Source: Spirulina sp. (GTDB taxonomy: Bacteria > Cyanobacteriota > Cyanobacteriia > Phormidesmidales > Phormidesmidaceae). From it: a DNA stretch of 64,000 nucleotides. Below the pieces are notes generated by a model that worked only from the letters and a program-made list of their open reading frames with translations, was not told the DNA's origin and did not search any database. Made by a program: the position numbers and the translations under genes. Location: positions 32,001-96,000 of the forward strand of contig JBIPSI010000019.1 in assembly GCA_044070495.1 (NCBI GenBank). Reading direction: 5' to 3'. Shown here piece by piece: positions 28,879 through 39,870 of the stretch (positions are counted from its first letter, which is position 1; every line of letters begins with the position of its first letter).

Positions 28879-28914
28879 CGTCGGCTGCATTATCACCACG
28901 TAACGCAGCCGACG
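28879..28914 (-). terminator. Intrinsic terminator of the DUF2252 gene
   Basis: 14-bp stem (one G-U on the minus strand) just after the stop codon, followed by a T-run. Confidence 0.7.
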
Positions 28915-28917
28915 GTT

Positions 28918-30363
28918 TCAAAATTCGCTGGCGACTGGAATACGACCCGTACGGGCGGCAGCGGCTAGTTGATCGTAGTCCTGCTCGGTTTGGTCAGCAT
29001 AGGCCTGGGCAAATTTGACGAGGGCATCATCCAGGGCTTCGTTATCACCAAGGTAGCCAGACAACATGGCGGCATCCCCCGATTTCGCATGGGCCAGCGC
29101 CAATGCCCAGCCACATAGTCCGCAATAAGCTGGGAATCCCGATAATTGAACTTTATCCGGTTCCAGTTTGACGCCCCCTTTCATATCGCGTAGCTGGCGC
29201 ACATAGTAATGCAGACCATCCTGCTCGCCCCAGCCTAGAAAAATGTCGGGTGCCCCCTGAATTAACCGCTGTCCTACAACTACTCGGTGTCCTTCATTGT
29301 CATCAGGAAGTGTCTGTTTGGAATAATCCTTAGCATAGGGGGCTAAGACAGAGGGCTGAGCTTCTTTGACCTGCAAAAATAGGGGATCATTGATGTCCCT
29401 GCCCTGGAAGTAGATGACCCAGCAATGAGTTCCCACACTGCCCACCCCGACAACCTTGCGGGCCACGTCCAAAACGCGATATTGCGACATCAGAAAGCGG
29501 CGGTCTGCACCCATGGAGGCCAAATATTCTTGCAGAAAGAGTTCTAGTGCTTCTGCAATAGGTCGGCCCTTGCGGGTGGTTTGATCTCGCACTACCAACG
29601 GTCGATCTTCGATAATATGGTGCTGATTATCCAGCAGATCCGTCATTTTATCGAGCACTTGAAGATGGGTTCGGCTCCGTGCCTTTTCCATGACTTGAAT
29701 TGCAATTTTTCGATATTTAGGAGGCAGTTTTTCCAGAATGTCCGCTTCTTTGATGCTGGCATACCACAGATCTAAGCAGCCCATTTCGGCATACTCGCGC
29801 AGATGTTGACGGTAGGACTGCACGACTTCCCGTGCGGCGGTTTCGCAGAGATCACGATCTCCACCTAAAAACCGTGCGGCCACATTTGCACTGGCTACCA
29901 AACGCTTCAAATCCCACTCCCAGGCTCCGGGGTGAGTTTCATCAAAATCATTAATACCAAAGGTTAAATTGCGCTCGGCGGAGGCAAATAGGCCAAAATT
30001 AGACACATGCATATCGCCACAGGCTTGCACCGTTAGGCCCGTGGTGGGGGCAGGGGCGATGTCTTGAATCATGATGGCCGCTGAACCCCTAAGAAAGGCA
30101 AAGGGTGAGGTTAACATGCGGGCGTAGCGGATGGGAATTAATTCTGGAATGCGGGTGCTGGCTTGGGCTTCCAGAATGGATATCGGATCTGGTCGATTGG
30201 GAGACGGTTGATAATTTCCATGTTCAGAGCGTTTAACGGTTTGACGGAGAGCTTTCCCGGCAGCAAAACGTTCTTCTAGGGCAAGCAACGTAACCTCAGG
30301 GCTGACAACGGAACGATTGATACGCTGCTTTTTTTTAGATGAAGTTTTAGGCAAAGTCTTCAT
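28918..30363 (-). CDS. DUF2252 family protein (kinase-like fold)
   Basis: SPFAFLRGSA, CGDMHVSNFG, INDFDE, KVVGVGSVG and YVRQLRDMK. Confidence 0.92.
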   Translation of the reverse strand: MKTLPKTSSKKKQRINRSVVSPEVTLLALEERFAAGKALRQTVKRSEHGNYQPSPNRPDPISILEAQASTRIPELIPIRYARMLTSPFAFLRGSAAIMIQDIAPAPTTGLTVQACGDMHVSNFGLFASAERNLTFGINDFDETHPGAWEWDLKRLVASANVAARFLGGDRDLCETAAREVVQSYRQHLREYAEMGCLDLWYASIKEADILEKLPPKYRKIAIQVMEKARSRTHLQVLDKMTDLLDNQHHIIEDRPLVVRDQTTRKGRPIAEALELFLQEYLASMGADRRFLMSQYRVLDVARKVVGVGSVGTHCWVIYFQGRDINDPLFLQVKEAQPSVLAPYAKDYSKQTLPDDNEGHRVVVGQRLIQGAPDIFLGWGEQDGLHYYVRQLRDMKGGVKLEPDKVQLSGFPAYCGLCGWALALAHAKSGDAAMLSGYLGDNEALDDALVKFAQAYADQTEQDYDQLAAAARTGRIPVASEF

Positions 30364-30855
30364 TGTTTTTGGAATCCATTCAATTATGGTTAATCAGCCA
30401 GTCAATATGGTTAATGTCAGCCTGCTAAGCTGTTAAGACCTAAAAATACATTGAATTTTCTAAATGTGCTTTAGGCTTTGTGGCTATAGTCAACACAATC
30501 TTGCAGAAGACATGTTAGCTTCCTCCGCCATGTATGAAAGGTTTAGTTAGTATAGGGTAGCGCATTATCAACTGCGCTAAAATTTTAAAGCTAAAAGTAA
30601 CAAAAGATTCTAAGAAAGCTATAGGAAACCTAGAAGGAGCCTCCATAGCCAGTAGCTCGAATAAAAGAGTTTTACCCTCGCGGCATGAATGACCTGGCTG
30701 GTAAGTCTTTTCGCTTCTCTTGTAAAGTTCTGTATCCTGCTCGCCTAGGGGCGACACAGATTTTTAAGAGAAGAAATTAAGGAATACAGACCAACGGAAC
30801 TTCCTAAGAGGTGTAGAATCTCAGCACGGATTTATAAGGTTGAAGGAACGGCCCC

Positions 30856-33800
30856 ATGCTGGATCGCATTTGGGAAGTGCTGGGTTACATCTTTGCCCTT
30901 AATGGCGAGGCGTTTCGGATTGCCACCACGGTGCCGAATGGGTTGACCTTTGCCCTGGTGATTGTGCTGCTAGCGGGCATTTCCCAGGGCATTGGCCAGA
31001 GCGTGGTGCTGTTTCTTAATCAGGTGAAGCCGTCGCGGTTTGCAATTAGCCTGCTGATCAATGCGCTGCTGTTCACGGGTGGCTTTCTGGCCCTGGGGCT
31101 GAGCACCTGGCTGGTAACGCTGCTGCCGGGAGCGACCCTGGTTCCCCCCAGCTACATTGTGATTGTGCTGGGTGCGGCCTACGCACCGTTGCTGTTCAGC
31201 TTTTTGGGGGCCTTGCCCTACCTGGGTCTGCCGATTTTGAATATTCTCTCCATCTGGCACCTGTTGGCCATGGTGGTTGGTTTTGGGGCGGTGACGAATT
31301 TGCCCATTAGCGATGCCTTCCGCTATGTGGGGCTGGGCTGGGTGCTGCTGCAAGTGTTGCAAAACACCGTTGGTCGTCCCATTGCCAAGCTGAGCCGGGG
31401 CATGGCCAACCGCGCCGCCGGGGTGGATCTGGTCACCAGTCATCGGGGGTTGTCGGCCTCCATGCAGGATCGGCTCGACCAGGTGCCCACCCGCTGGCAG
31501 GAGGAACTGAATCAGCGCATGGCTGCCCTCAACCAGGGGGATGTGGTGGCGGCGGTGATGGGCAATGATCCACCCACGCTGGCAATGGCGGGCGTTGGGG
31601 GATCGGGGGCGACGGTGTTGGGCGCGATGTTGCCCACTGCCGATGAGTCTGCCAGCCAGGAGCGAAGCTGGAGTGGCACGGTGAAGGCCGTCCTAGGCGT
31701 GGTGGCGATGGTGCTGCTCACCCTGCTGATGTTGACGCTGTTGCAGCCCCTACGACAGTGGTGGTTTGGCTGGTTTTCCACCTTTCCCGATCTGGTGCAG
31801 TTCGTGCTGAATTTGGTCTGGGTGGGCGCGGTGGCGCTGGTGGTGGCGGGGCTGCTGGCTCCCTTAGAAACCCTGGGCTGGTGGGCCGGTTGGTACGAAG
31901 ATGATGTGAACACCACGGTGAATGCGGGGGAGTTGGCCCAGGCTCCGGCCCCGAATCAGACCTTTTCCCGCTACGTGGTGTATTTGGACGGCATCGGCAA
32001 ATCCACCTTTGAATACCTGCCGGACATTGAGGAATTTCTCGACACCCTAGCCCCCACCCTGCCGCAGGATGTGGCCCTAGTGCGCGGCATCATGCCCTAC
32101 TCGGTGATGAACGCGCCCCTGGATGAGGATCGCCCCCTGGCCTTCCTCTGGCGCTACGCGGATAAGCTGCGGTTTGCTAATCCGGCTAGCATCCTGGGGC
32201 TGCTGGTCAACATTCGCAACATCCTGATTGTGGGGGTGTCCGCCGATAAGCGCTATGGCCCCCTCTACAACCAAGGCATGGCCCAGGTGGTCTACAACGG
32301 CCTGGTGAACAACGGCTACCCCCTCGAAAGCGGTATTCCCATTACCTTCATTGGCTACAGCGGCGGTGGGCAGATGTCCTGCGCCAGTGCCCCCTACCTG
32401 AAGCGGGCCTTGGGTGCTCCGGTGGATGTGATTTCCCTGGGCGGGGTGATGAGCGCCAACATCGACATGCTGAAGCTGGAGCACCTCTACCACCTGGTGG
32501 GCGAGAAAGACACCGTGGAGAGCCTTGGCCCCAAAATGTTTCCCGGTCGTTGGAAGATTTTCCCCCTCTCCTACTGGAACCGAGCCAAGCGACGGGGCAA
32601 AATTTCCATCATTCCCATGGGGCCAGTGGGCCACCAGGTGCCGGGGGGAATTCTAGATCCCCATCTTGTCTTAGAAGATGGTCGCAGTTCCCTTCAGCAG
32701 ACCATCGACACCATCAACGCCATTTTGCAGGGCAATCTGGTCTTAGGAGATGACGTGGCTAACCAACGCAAACCCAGCCACTACGACCTGTTCCGGGCCA
32801 GCCCCCTGGTGCAGTCCCAAAGCTATCCCCTGGATCAACGACCCGATCCCAGCCGCTACGTACCCATCGCCGACTGGGTGGGGCGGCTGATTCTTCCGGC
32901 CAAGGCAGATCGTTTCGGCGGCGTGTACTACGAAGTTCACCATGCCCCAGCGGAATACGCTGACCTGATTGGCCAGGTGGTGAAGCTTCGCTGGGCCGAG
33001 GATGCCCTGGTGCAGCGGTTTGTGAAAGCCGCCACCCACGACCTCCACTTCAGCGCCGATGCCGAATACAGCAGCCGGACGAGTGGGGCCGTTCACCCCG
33101 TTCGCATTAACCACTGGCTGCGGGTGGATCCGCTAGAGTCCCTGGCGGGTTCTCTGCCGGAGGACGAGATGATCGTGGCGGTGGAGGATCCCCAGGTGCA
33201 GCGACAGGCTGACGAAATCACGCTACGGATCCGGTGGCAACCCATGGAAGTCACCGGGCGCTACTACGGTCTAGTGCAGTTTGCGGCTCAGGTGCCAGGG
33301 ACGGATCGCTTCCAGGTGCGCCACTTTAACCGAGCTAGCCGCGCCTTTGATGGCCCCACCGAGGAGGTGCGCGTCCCCAAGCCCAGCCACCTGGATTTGT
33401 ACGGCAGCGATCCCTCCACCAGTGCCGGAATTGAACAATCTCCCCACAACGAGCAGGGCTGGTACATTTACGGTGCCACCGATGCCACGGGAACCTTTGT
33501 GGTGCAAGCCTGGGGGCCGCGCTCCCTGTTTCGGCTCCAGCCAGAGCGGGTGGTGTTTGGCGGCTCGAAAGCGGCCTATCGCTACATTCGCAAGGAGTCC
33601 TGGGCCGATGTGGTCAACCAAAAGGGCAAGGTGGGGTCGGTGCTCTGCACCCGGCGAGACAATGGCCGACCGGAGGCGATTGCCGAGGCCATCGACGAGT
33701 GGCAGGTGGGAGATCGGGCCTTGTTGCTCCACACCTACGGCGGCATTGGCGGCGAAAAGAAAGAACCCGCCGCCTTTAGCCCCATTTTCTTTGGCCACTT

Positions 33801-34548
33801 TGCCTACGGACGCGCCGAGGTCGTCCACGACCCCCTTGCCGACGAACGCCGCTTTGACATTCGGTACTACCAGGTCTACGCCCACAACATCGATGGCCTG
33901 ATTGCAGGGACAATCCACTGGTCGCGCTACCAGGGCGACCGACAGCGGGGCTGGCTGGGCAACCGTCCCACCTGCGATATTCTGGTCAAACTCAACGCCT
34001 TCAGCCGCACCTACGACTTCGACAGCGCCCGGATGTCGCCCCTCATCCGCATGGAAGCCCACCTCCAAGCCATGACCGCCCGCTACCGCATCGGCGACGG
34101 CACCGGGGGCACCTTCGTCGGCCCCTCCAACAACTGCTCCCAAGACTCCAACCAAGCCCTCTTTGCCAGTATGCAAGGGCTGATCCAGGGGGTGAAGGGC
34201 CACCAAGCCGAACTCAAACTCTGGGCCGAGCGCCACCCCGACCAAGCCCAGGACTTTGATCAAATGATCGCCTTTAGCGAATCCCTCAAACGCGCCCTCC
34301 AGCCCTTCGGCAACCCCCGCCCCGACTGGGAACGCAACGAATTTAACCTCGGCAGCACCCTCGAAGACGAACCCCTCCGCAACCTGATTATGGGCCTAGG
34401 CAGTTGGCGCACGGTGCTGCCCCGCAAGGCCAGCGATGTGGTGGTGCAGCAGTTCCTCAAATATGGAGCCTCCGCCTGGGTGCTGCGCACTAGCCAAGTC
34501 GGCGGTTACGATCCCACCATCGCCCCCATCGCCCCCATGACCTTCTAG
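30856..34548 (+). CDS. Large multidomain membrane protein: multi-TM N-terminus, alpha/beta-hydrolase-like domain and large C-terminal domain
   Basis: 1230-aa ORF with native codon usage; GYSGG elbow; FGHFAYG and NNCSQDS motifs. Confidence 0.8.
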   Translation: MLDRIWEVLGYIFALNGEAFRIATTVPNGLTFALVIVLLAGISQGIGQSVVLFLNQVKPSRFAISLLINALLFTGGFLALGLSTWLVTLLPGATLVPPSYIVIVLGAAYAPLLFSFLGALPYLGLPILNILSIWHLLAMVVGFGAVTNLPISDAFRYVGLGWVLLQVLQNTVGRPIAKLSRGMANRAAGVDLVTSHRGLSASMQDRLDQVPTRWQEELNQRMAALNQGDVVAAVMGNDPPTLAMAGVGGSGATVLGAMLPTADESASQERSWSGTVKAVLGVVAMVLLTLLMLTLLQPLRQWWFGWFSTFPDLVQFVLNLVWVGAVALVVAGLLAPLETLGWWAGWYEDDVNTTVNAGELAQAPAPNQTFSRYVVYLDGIGKSTFEYLPDIEEFLDTLAPTLPQDVALVRGIMPYSVMNAPLDEDRPLAFLWRYADKLRFANPASILGLLVNIRNILIVGVSADKRYGPLYNQGMAQVVYNGLVNNGYPLESGIPITFIGYSGGGQMSCASAPYLKRALGAPVDVISLGGVMSANIDMLKLEHLYHLVGEKDTVESLGPKMFPGRWKIFPLSYWNRAKRRGKISIIPMGPVGHQVPGGILDPHLVLEDGRSSLQQTIDTINAILQGNLVLGDDVANQRKPSHYDLFRASPLVQSQSYPLDQRPDPSRYVPIADWVGRLILPAKADRFGGVYYEVHHAPAEYADLIGQVVKLRWAEDALVQRFVKAATHDLHFSADAEYSSRTSGAVHPVRINHWLRVDPLESLAGSLPEDEMIVAVEDPQVQRQADEITLRIRWQPMEVTGRYYGLVQFAAQVPGTDRFQVRHFNRASRAFDGPTEEVRVPKPSHLDLYGSDPSTSAGIEQSPHNEQGWYIYGATDATGTFVVQAWGPRSLFRLQPERVVFGGSKAAYRYIRKESWADVVNQKGKVGSVLCTRRDNGRPEAIAEAIDEWQVGDRALLLHTYGGIGGEKKEPAAFSPIFFGHFAYGRAEVVHDPLADERRFDIRYYQVYAHNIDGLIAGTIHWSRYQGDRQRGWLGNRPTCDILVKLNAFSRTYDFDSARMSPLIRMEAHLQAMTARYRIGDGTGGTFVGPSNNCSQDSNQALFASMQGLIQGVKGHQAELKLWAERHPDQAQDFDQMIAFSESLKRALQPFGNPRPDWERNEFNLGSTLEDEPLRNLIMGLGSWRTVLPRKASDVVVQQFLKYGASAWVLRTSQVGGYDPTIAPIAPMTF

Positions 34549-34615
34549 TAGGGTGGGCAGTGCCCACCTCATCGCTGGTGGGCACTGCCCACCCTACGGT
34601 TACTGCCCACCCTAC
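34548..34615. repeat. REP doublet plus partial third copy
   Basis: 34548-34568, 34577-34597 (inverted) and 34602-34615. Confidence 0.85.
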
Positions 34616-34646
34616 AGTTCCGAACTATTCTTTCACCCCAACCATC

Positions 34647-35471
34647 ATGCGTGTTGAAGCCTGTTGCCAAGCCCTGCTCCGTCACCTGCTGCCGGAGGTT
34701 GATCCCCAGCGCCAGGGCGTTTGTTTTGATGTGGGCGTGGGCACCTTTGCCTTTTATTGCGACCTGTTTTGTCAGTTAGATTTCGCCACCGTGGCTGTAG
34801 AGCCGTTGCCGACGGACAAGCTCAAACGCCGCTGCCAACAGCAGGGCATCACGCTCCTGGAACTGTGTCTGTCTGACCAAGTGGGGCAGGCCACCCTGCA
34901 CTTGGGCGAATTTGCCAAGGTCGGCAACCGTAATTTTAGTTCCCTCTCCGCCGACTGGTTTGGCGCTTCTGAGAACACCCAAGTCGTCGAAACCCTGGAT
35001 TTGGCAACCCTGCTGACCCAGACCAAAACCCAGGCCATCACCGCCCTCAAGCTGGATATTGAAGGCTGGGAACCCGTGGTGATTCGGCAATTTGAAACCC
35101 TGCCTCCCGACCTGCTTCCGGCCTTGGTGATGTTTGAATACGGCGGCGGCAGCAGCTACGATCAAGGCACCCAGGGCTGGGCACCCACGTTTCTTGAAGG
35201 CACCCTCGACAGCCTGAAAATCCTGCAACGGCTGGGCTACCAAACCAGCATTATGGTGGACTACGCACCGGGCAGCGAGGCCAAGGTCTTCGACCTACAA
35301 GCCCTGGATCTAGATACCGAAACGCCTTTTTTGGCCAACGGGGTCTACGGCAACATCCTTAGTTTCCGCTACCACCACCCCACCGCCGACCAGATCCAAC
35401 GACTCTGCGCCCCCTACCGAGGTGGCTTAGTGAATTGGCTTGTGGGCAGTCTTGTGCAAAGGAAGCGCTAG
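34647..35471 (+). CDS. FkbM family methyltransferase
   Basis: FDVGVG, VAVEP and LKLDIEGWE motifs. Confidence 0.85.
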   Translation: MRVEACCQALLRHLLPEVDPQRQGVCFDVGVGTFAFYCDLFCQLDFATVAVEPLPTDKLKRRCQQQGITLLELCLSDQVGQATLHLGEFAKVGNRNFSSLSADWFGASENTQVVETLDLATLLTQTKTQAITALKLDIEGWEPVVIRQFETLPPDLLPALVMFEYGGGSSYDQGTQGWAPTFLEGTLDSLKILQRLGYQTSIMVDYAPGSEAKVFDLQALDLDTETPFLANGVYGNILSFRYHHPTADQIQRLCAPYRGGLVNWLVGSLVQRKR

Positions 35472-36052
35472 GATGCTGCCCTCGACAGTTTGGCGATATT
35501 GACGGCATGAAAGAGGCTTAAAACATCGCATTGCCATTCCGGTAAGATCAGCGTCATGGCAATTTCCTCTACGCTATTGATGAGACAAAATACAATGGCA
35601 AGCTATAGGGTTTGATCGTTATGAAAGCCAAATAAGCCAACTGTTGCCACTAATAAGGTTAAACCCCACGCCTTGGCTGTATAGGTGTGAAAGCTTGGCA
35701 TTTTCTTGAACTTAATCAGGCTAATGGCAAAGAGCGTAAGCTGAGCCAATAGGGCAATGAACAAAGGGATTTTGAAGTCTAGAATCGTTTGGGGAAAGAC
35801 GAGCCAAGTGCTGACGGCAATGCAGAGATACAGGCAAATATCGGCCCAGCTATCGGCCTGACGTAATCGATCCGTACTGCCCCCTAACCGCCGAGCAATC
35901 ATGCCATCAAAAATATCTGAAAGAACAGCGATTACATAGCCCACCACAAAGGCCATACCCACGTGATGATCGAGGGCATCAATAAGCAGCAACCATGCGA
36001 TGACAAATCGTAGGCCAACTAGCCCCATGGGAAGATGGGTAAGGTGAATCAT
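35468..36052 (-). pseudogene. CDP-alcohol phosphatidyltransferase family gene with an in-frame TAG
   Basis: SDIFDGMIAR...DSWAD motif; TAG at 35603-35605, after which the frame continues LAIVFCLINSVEEIAMTLILPEWQCDVLSLFHA to a stop at 35468. Confidence 0.8.
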
Positions 36053-36145
36053 GATCTTGGTTCCTTCACCGTAACGGATGGGTTGTAGCTAGCTGGATAT
36101 GTCAGACCATCAGGATCACATCTTCCAGATCAAATCCTCCAGAAA

Positions 36146-38383
36146 TTAAGATGAACTAACCAGATAGTTGACCTGAAACGTCACCCATTGGGCATGATCT
36201 AAGGCGTAAACATCTCCAGAACTGCGGCCTTCGGGAAGGGCGGAGTCGCTATGGAGGTCTTGGAGCAGGGCTTGGGCCAGCTTAAGAGGTTGGTCAACCC
36301 GGCGCAGATCGGTTTGCACAGGGGCCATGGGGCCATCGGCAGCCAGGGCCTCTAGGCTGTGGGTAAAGGGTTGCACACTGAGGATAATGTGGGTTTCGAC
36401 CCGTGCTGTGGAACCTAGGATGCCCCAGCCATTGGCATTATTGGGCACCAACAGGGTTTGCCGGGGGGCCAGGGGTGGACTATCGAGCGGAGGCTCGTCG
36501 GCGTTCCCACTGTCTTCGGGGGGCACCACCAGGGCCGAGCAGTCCCCTTGGCCATTGAAGCGGATCACCAAAACATGGAGAGGAACATCGCTATGGTTGG
36601 TGATGCGGTACTGGAAACGGGTATCCCGCGAGAGGGGGAGGGTGGTGGGGCCGTTGCCGGGATCGGTGAGACCGGGGTGGGTGAGGCGGCTGGCTTCGGT
36701 TTGCTGGCGCAGCAACACGGTGGGCTTGGGGCGCACGGCTTCCACGGCCACTAGGGCGGCAAGGCCAGAGGCAAAGCGGTTTTGGGTCAGGCGCACCAGC
36801 TTTAGGGCCAATAGGGATCGCAGGGTGGGGGTGAGGCGGGTAATGGCGGTTTTGACGGCTTCGTCCTTGGCCAGCATGGTGCCCGGTACCAGGGTGCGGT
36901 TGGGGGCAAACAGGCCGTAGCTGCTTTCCGTCTGTCGATCCGCCGTGGCTGGACGGTCGGCTTCGGTGGTATGTCCCACTGGCCCCAGGGGCAAACGGCC
37001 AAAGAGACAATCGGTACTACGTTCTCCGACGGTTAGGGCACTGACAAAGGGCAACCCCGCCAGGGCACTGGTCGCGTCCACCCGTTCCACCCGCTGGAGC
37101 TGGCTATCTAGCACGACACCGAGGGAAATGTTAGTGGGTAGCAGACGCACTTTTTCGGAGAGGGGCTGGGCTGTGGTGGGGAGAGGGGCATCGGTGATCA
37201 CAGGTTTGGCCACACCATGCAAGTTCATGCGCGACTCTAGGCGCAGTTCTACAACGGGGGCTGGGGCCGCAGAATCCCTAGAAGTGGCGGCATCAGTGGC
37301 CGAGGGATTGGGAACGGTAAACCGCGAACCGGGCTGAAGGTGGTGCAGCAGTTCCGGCGACAGCCCGCCGAGCCAGAGGTCTAGGCTGTGTTGATCGGTG
37401 GGCAGGGCTATCCCAGCGGCGTTGGGCTGTTCTGGGGGCAGGCTGTAGGGCATGGTGATCGCCTTGGGGGCCAGCACGTTACCCAGGGCAGGCACCTGAT
37501 CCGGGCCAGTCCAGCGCTGGAGCCGATCCCCCGACCGCTGGATCAGCAGCTTAGGATTGGGGTCGGCCACGGCTTCCCATAGGCTTTGGGTGAGGGCGTA
37601 GGTGAACAGTCCGCTACTAAAGCCATCCCACGGCCCCTCTAGGACGAGATTACCGGGGGCGCTGGCCCGCAATAGCAGACCGGGCCAAGCGGTTTCCCCT
37701 TCTCTGGCCCCCTCCACCGTGCCCAAAAAGGGTTCCGGCAAGTCGCCCATGGGCACCGTGGGCCGAGACCGCACCTTCATATTGCCCCAGCGCAGATAGC
37801 CTGTGTCTTGGCTGCCAGCGTCGATCACTGTCGTCAAATTCGGTGTAGCGACTCGGCGCAGAATCGCCGCAACTTCCACCTCTAACAGGTCATTCAAGGC
37901 AGGTTGATCAACGCTGGGCAGGCGACCGTCCACGGGTACCCAGGCGCGATAGATGCGGTTAGGATTGCCGTCCCAGCGCACTTGGCTACCGTAGCCACTG
38001 AAATGCAGCAGCACCACGTCGTCGGCCTGGGCTTGTTGAACGAGGTGCTGATCGAGGGCATTGAGGATGCCCTGGCGGGTAGCCGCCTGGTTGGTGAGGG
38101 TGAGAATATCCTGGGGGGCAAAGCCAAACCGATGAACCAGCAACTGTCGCTGCATCTCCACATCGGTGAGGCACCCCTTCAGAGCCACCTCCTGACCAGG
38201 CGTTGCGCTGATGACCCGATCCGGGTACTGATTAATGCCGATGAGTAGGGCTAACCGACGACGGGCGGGCTTACCGAGGGCTTGGGCATAGGGAGTGGGC
38301 CAAAGTAGGCTACTTCCTCCTAAGCCCAGCGCCCCTAGCGTCAGACTGGCCCCTTGCAAAAACGTCCGTCGATTCAGTGTCAC
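36146..38383 (-). CDS. Caspase-family (C14) homologue with Tat motif and altered catalytic dyad
   Basis: LNRRTFLQ; ALLIGINQYP, LKGCLTDV, HFSGYGS and IDAGS. Confidence 0.88.
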   Translation of the reverse strand: MTLNRRTFLQGASLTLGALGLGGSSLLWPTPYAQALGKPARRRLALLIGINQYPDRVISATPGQEVALKGCLTDVEMQRQLLVHRFGFAPQDILTLTNQAATRQGILNALDQHLVQQAQADDVVLLHFSGYGSQVRWDGNPNRIYRAWVPVDGRLPSVDQPALNDLLEVEVAAILRRVATPNLTTVIDAGSQDTGYLRWGNMKVRSRPTVPMGDLPEPFLGTVEGAREGETAWPGLLLRASAPGNLVLEGPWDGFSSGLFTYALTQSLWEAVADPNPKLLIQRSGDRLQRWTGPDQVPALGNVLAPKAITMPYSLPPEQPNAAGIALPTDQHSLDLWLGGLSPELLHHLQPGSRFTVPNPSATDAATSRDSAAPAPVVELRLESRMNLHGVAKPVITDAPLPTTAQPLSEKVRLLPTNISLGVVLDSQLQRVERVDATSALAGLPFVSALTVGERSTDCLFGRLPLGPVGHTTEADRPATADRQTESSYGLFAPNRTLVPGTMLAKDEAVKTAITRLTPTLRSLLALKLVRLTQNRFASGLAALVAVEAVRPKPTVLLRQQTEASRLTHPGLTDPGNGPTTLPLSRDTRFQYRITNHSDVPLHVLVIRFNGQGDCSALVVPPEDSGNADEPPLDSPPLAPRQTLLVPNNANGWGILGSTARVETHIILSVQPFTHSLEALAADGPMAPVQTDLRRVDQPLKLAQALLQDLHSDSALPEGRSSGDVYALDHAQWVTFQVNYLVSSS

Positions 38384-38428
38384 GGAATGGCTTGCCCCAC
38401 CGATGGATTGCCCTAGGTAGAGGATACC

Positions 38429-39610
38429 TTAGCCGACCGCTTCGGGCACCCGCATGGCGCGAGCGAGTTCTGCCGCCACTTCAGGACGGGAGAATTCCGG
38501 CGGGGGCAGTTCTCCCCGACGCAGCATTTCCCGCACCTTGGTGCCGGACAGGTGGATGCGTTCCTCCTTGGTGCTGGGGCTAGTTTTAGAGGTGGCCATG
38601 CCGCCCGTGCGGGTGCAGTAGAAGGCGTGCTCAAACTTCATCGGCACAATCCCCAATTCCCCAGGCTCAAACTCATCGAAGATGTACTGGGCATCGTAGG
38701 TGCCGTAGTAGTCGCCCACCCCAGCATGGTCGCGCCCAACGATGAAGTGGGTGCAGCCGTAGTTTTTGCGAATCAGGGCATGGAAAATCGCTTCCCGTGG
38801 CCCTGCGTAGCGCATGGCGGAGGGGTTGATGGCCAGGATGACGCGATCCTGCGGGAAGTAGTGCTCCACCATAATTTCGTAGCAGCGCATCCGCACATCG
38901 GCGGGGATGTCGTCGGACTTGGTGGCCCCGACTAGAGGGTGCAAGAACAGGCCGTCCACGGTTTCTAGGGCGCACTTTTGGATGTACTCGTGGGCGCGGT
39001 GAATGGGGTTGCGGGTTTGGAAGCCCACCACGGTGTTCCAGCCCTTCTCCCGGAACATCGCCCTGGAGGCGGCGGGGTCAATTTGGTAGGCCGGAAACAG
39101 GGGATGGGGATCCCGCTGCATCAGCCAGATCGGGCCAGCTAGGTTCACGGCCCCCTGCTCGTAAACCACCTTCACGCCGGGGTGTTTGTCTTCGTCGGTG
39201 CGGTAGACGTTAATGGCCTCGCGGGCTTTGTCGTAGGTGTATTTTTCCTCTAGTTCCAGCACCCCCACAAAGCGCCCGGTGGGGTCATCCAGCCGCACCA
39301 GGGAACCTTCCTTCAGGGGAGCCGCCACTTCTTCGCTGACGGACAGGGTAACGGGCACCGCCCAGGGCAAGCCATTGGCCAACCGCATATCCGTGACGAC
39401 AGGGTCGTAATCGGCCTTGTGCATAAAGCCGTCCAGGGGGCTAAAACCGCCAATGGCAATCATCACCAGGTCGGAAAAGGCCCGCTCATCCAGGGTGACG
39501 CGGGGCAGGGTATTGGCCTGCTCCAAAAAGTGCGCTTCCTTTTCTGGGGAAACCAGGCGATTGATCAGCGTGCCACCGTGGGGGGCAATACCATCCTTAT
39601 GCATCGTCAT
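38429..39610 (-). CDS. sat: Sulfate adenylyltransferase
   Basis: [17 protein letters not shown] and VGRDHAG. Confidence 0.98.
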   Translation of the reverse strand: MTMHKDGIAPHGGTLINRLVSPEKEAHFLEQANTLPRVTLDERAFSDLVMIAIGGFSPLDGFMHKADYDPVVTDMRLANGLPWAVPVTLSVSEEVAAPLKEGSLVRLDDPTGRFVGVLELEEKYTYDKAREAINVYRTDEDKHPGVKVVYEQGAVNLAGPIWLMQRDPHPLFPAYQIDPAASRAMFREKGWNTVVGFQTRNPIHRAHEYIQKCALETVDGLFLHPLVGATKSDDIPADVRMRCYEIMVEHYFPQDRVILAINPSAMRYAGPREAIFHALIRKNYGCTHFIVGRDHAGVGDYYGTYDAQYIFDEFEPGELGIVPMKFEHAFYCTRTGGMATSKTSPSTKEERIHLSGTKVREMLRRGELPPPEFSRPEVAAELARAMRVPEAVG

Positions 39611-39870
39611 TGGGGATACCGTTTTTCCTACACTGGGCGACATTAGCCGCGAAGTCAGACCAAAGCAGGGGCACAGCCTAGGGGTAACGCTTCGTCGCCA
39701 TCCCAAAGGCCATGAACCATAAAATGGCCCGATTGACTCGCTTACTCCATGAAATTACATCTTGGTACCGATGTCACCTGCAATGGAGATAAATTCCGGC
39801 TTAGCTTCAAATTCAATCAAAATTGAAATGAACTTCGTTGCGAATTCCGGATGACCTGGGACAGATGGCC

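Noticed and set aside
30515..30757. 80-aa ORF in AT-rich intergenic DNA
   Set aside because: No RBS or recognisable motif; more likely a divergent promoter region.
34560..34646. N-terminal extension VGTAHPT of the FkbM ORF
   Set aside because: Translation of REP copies.
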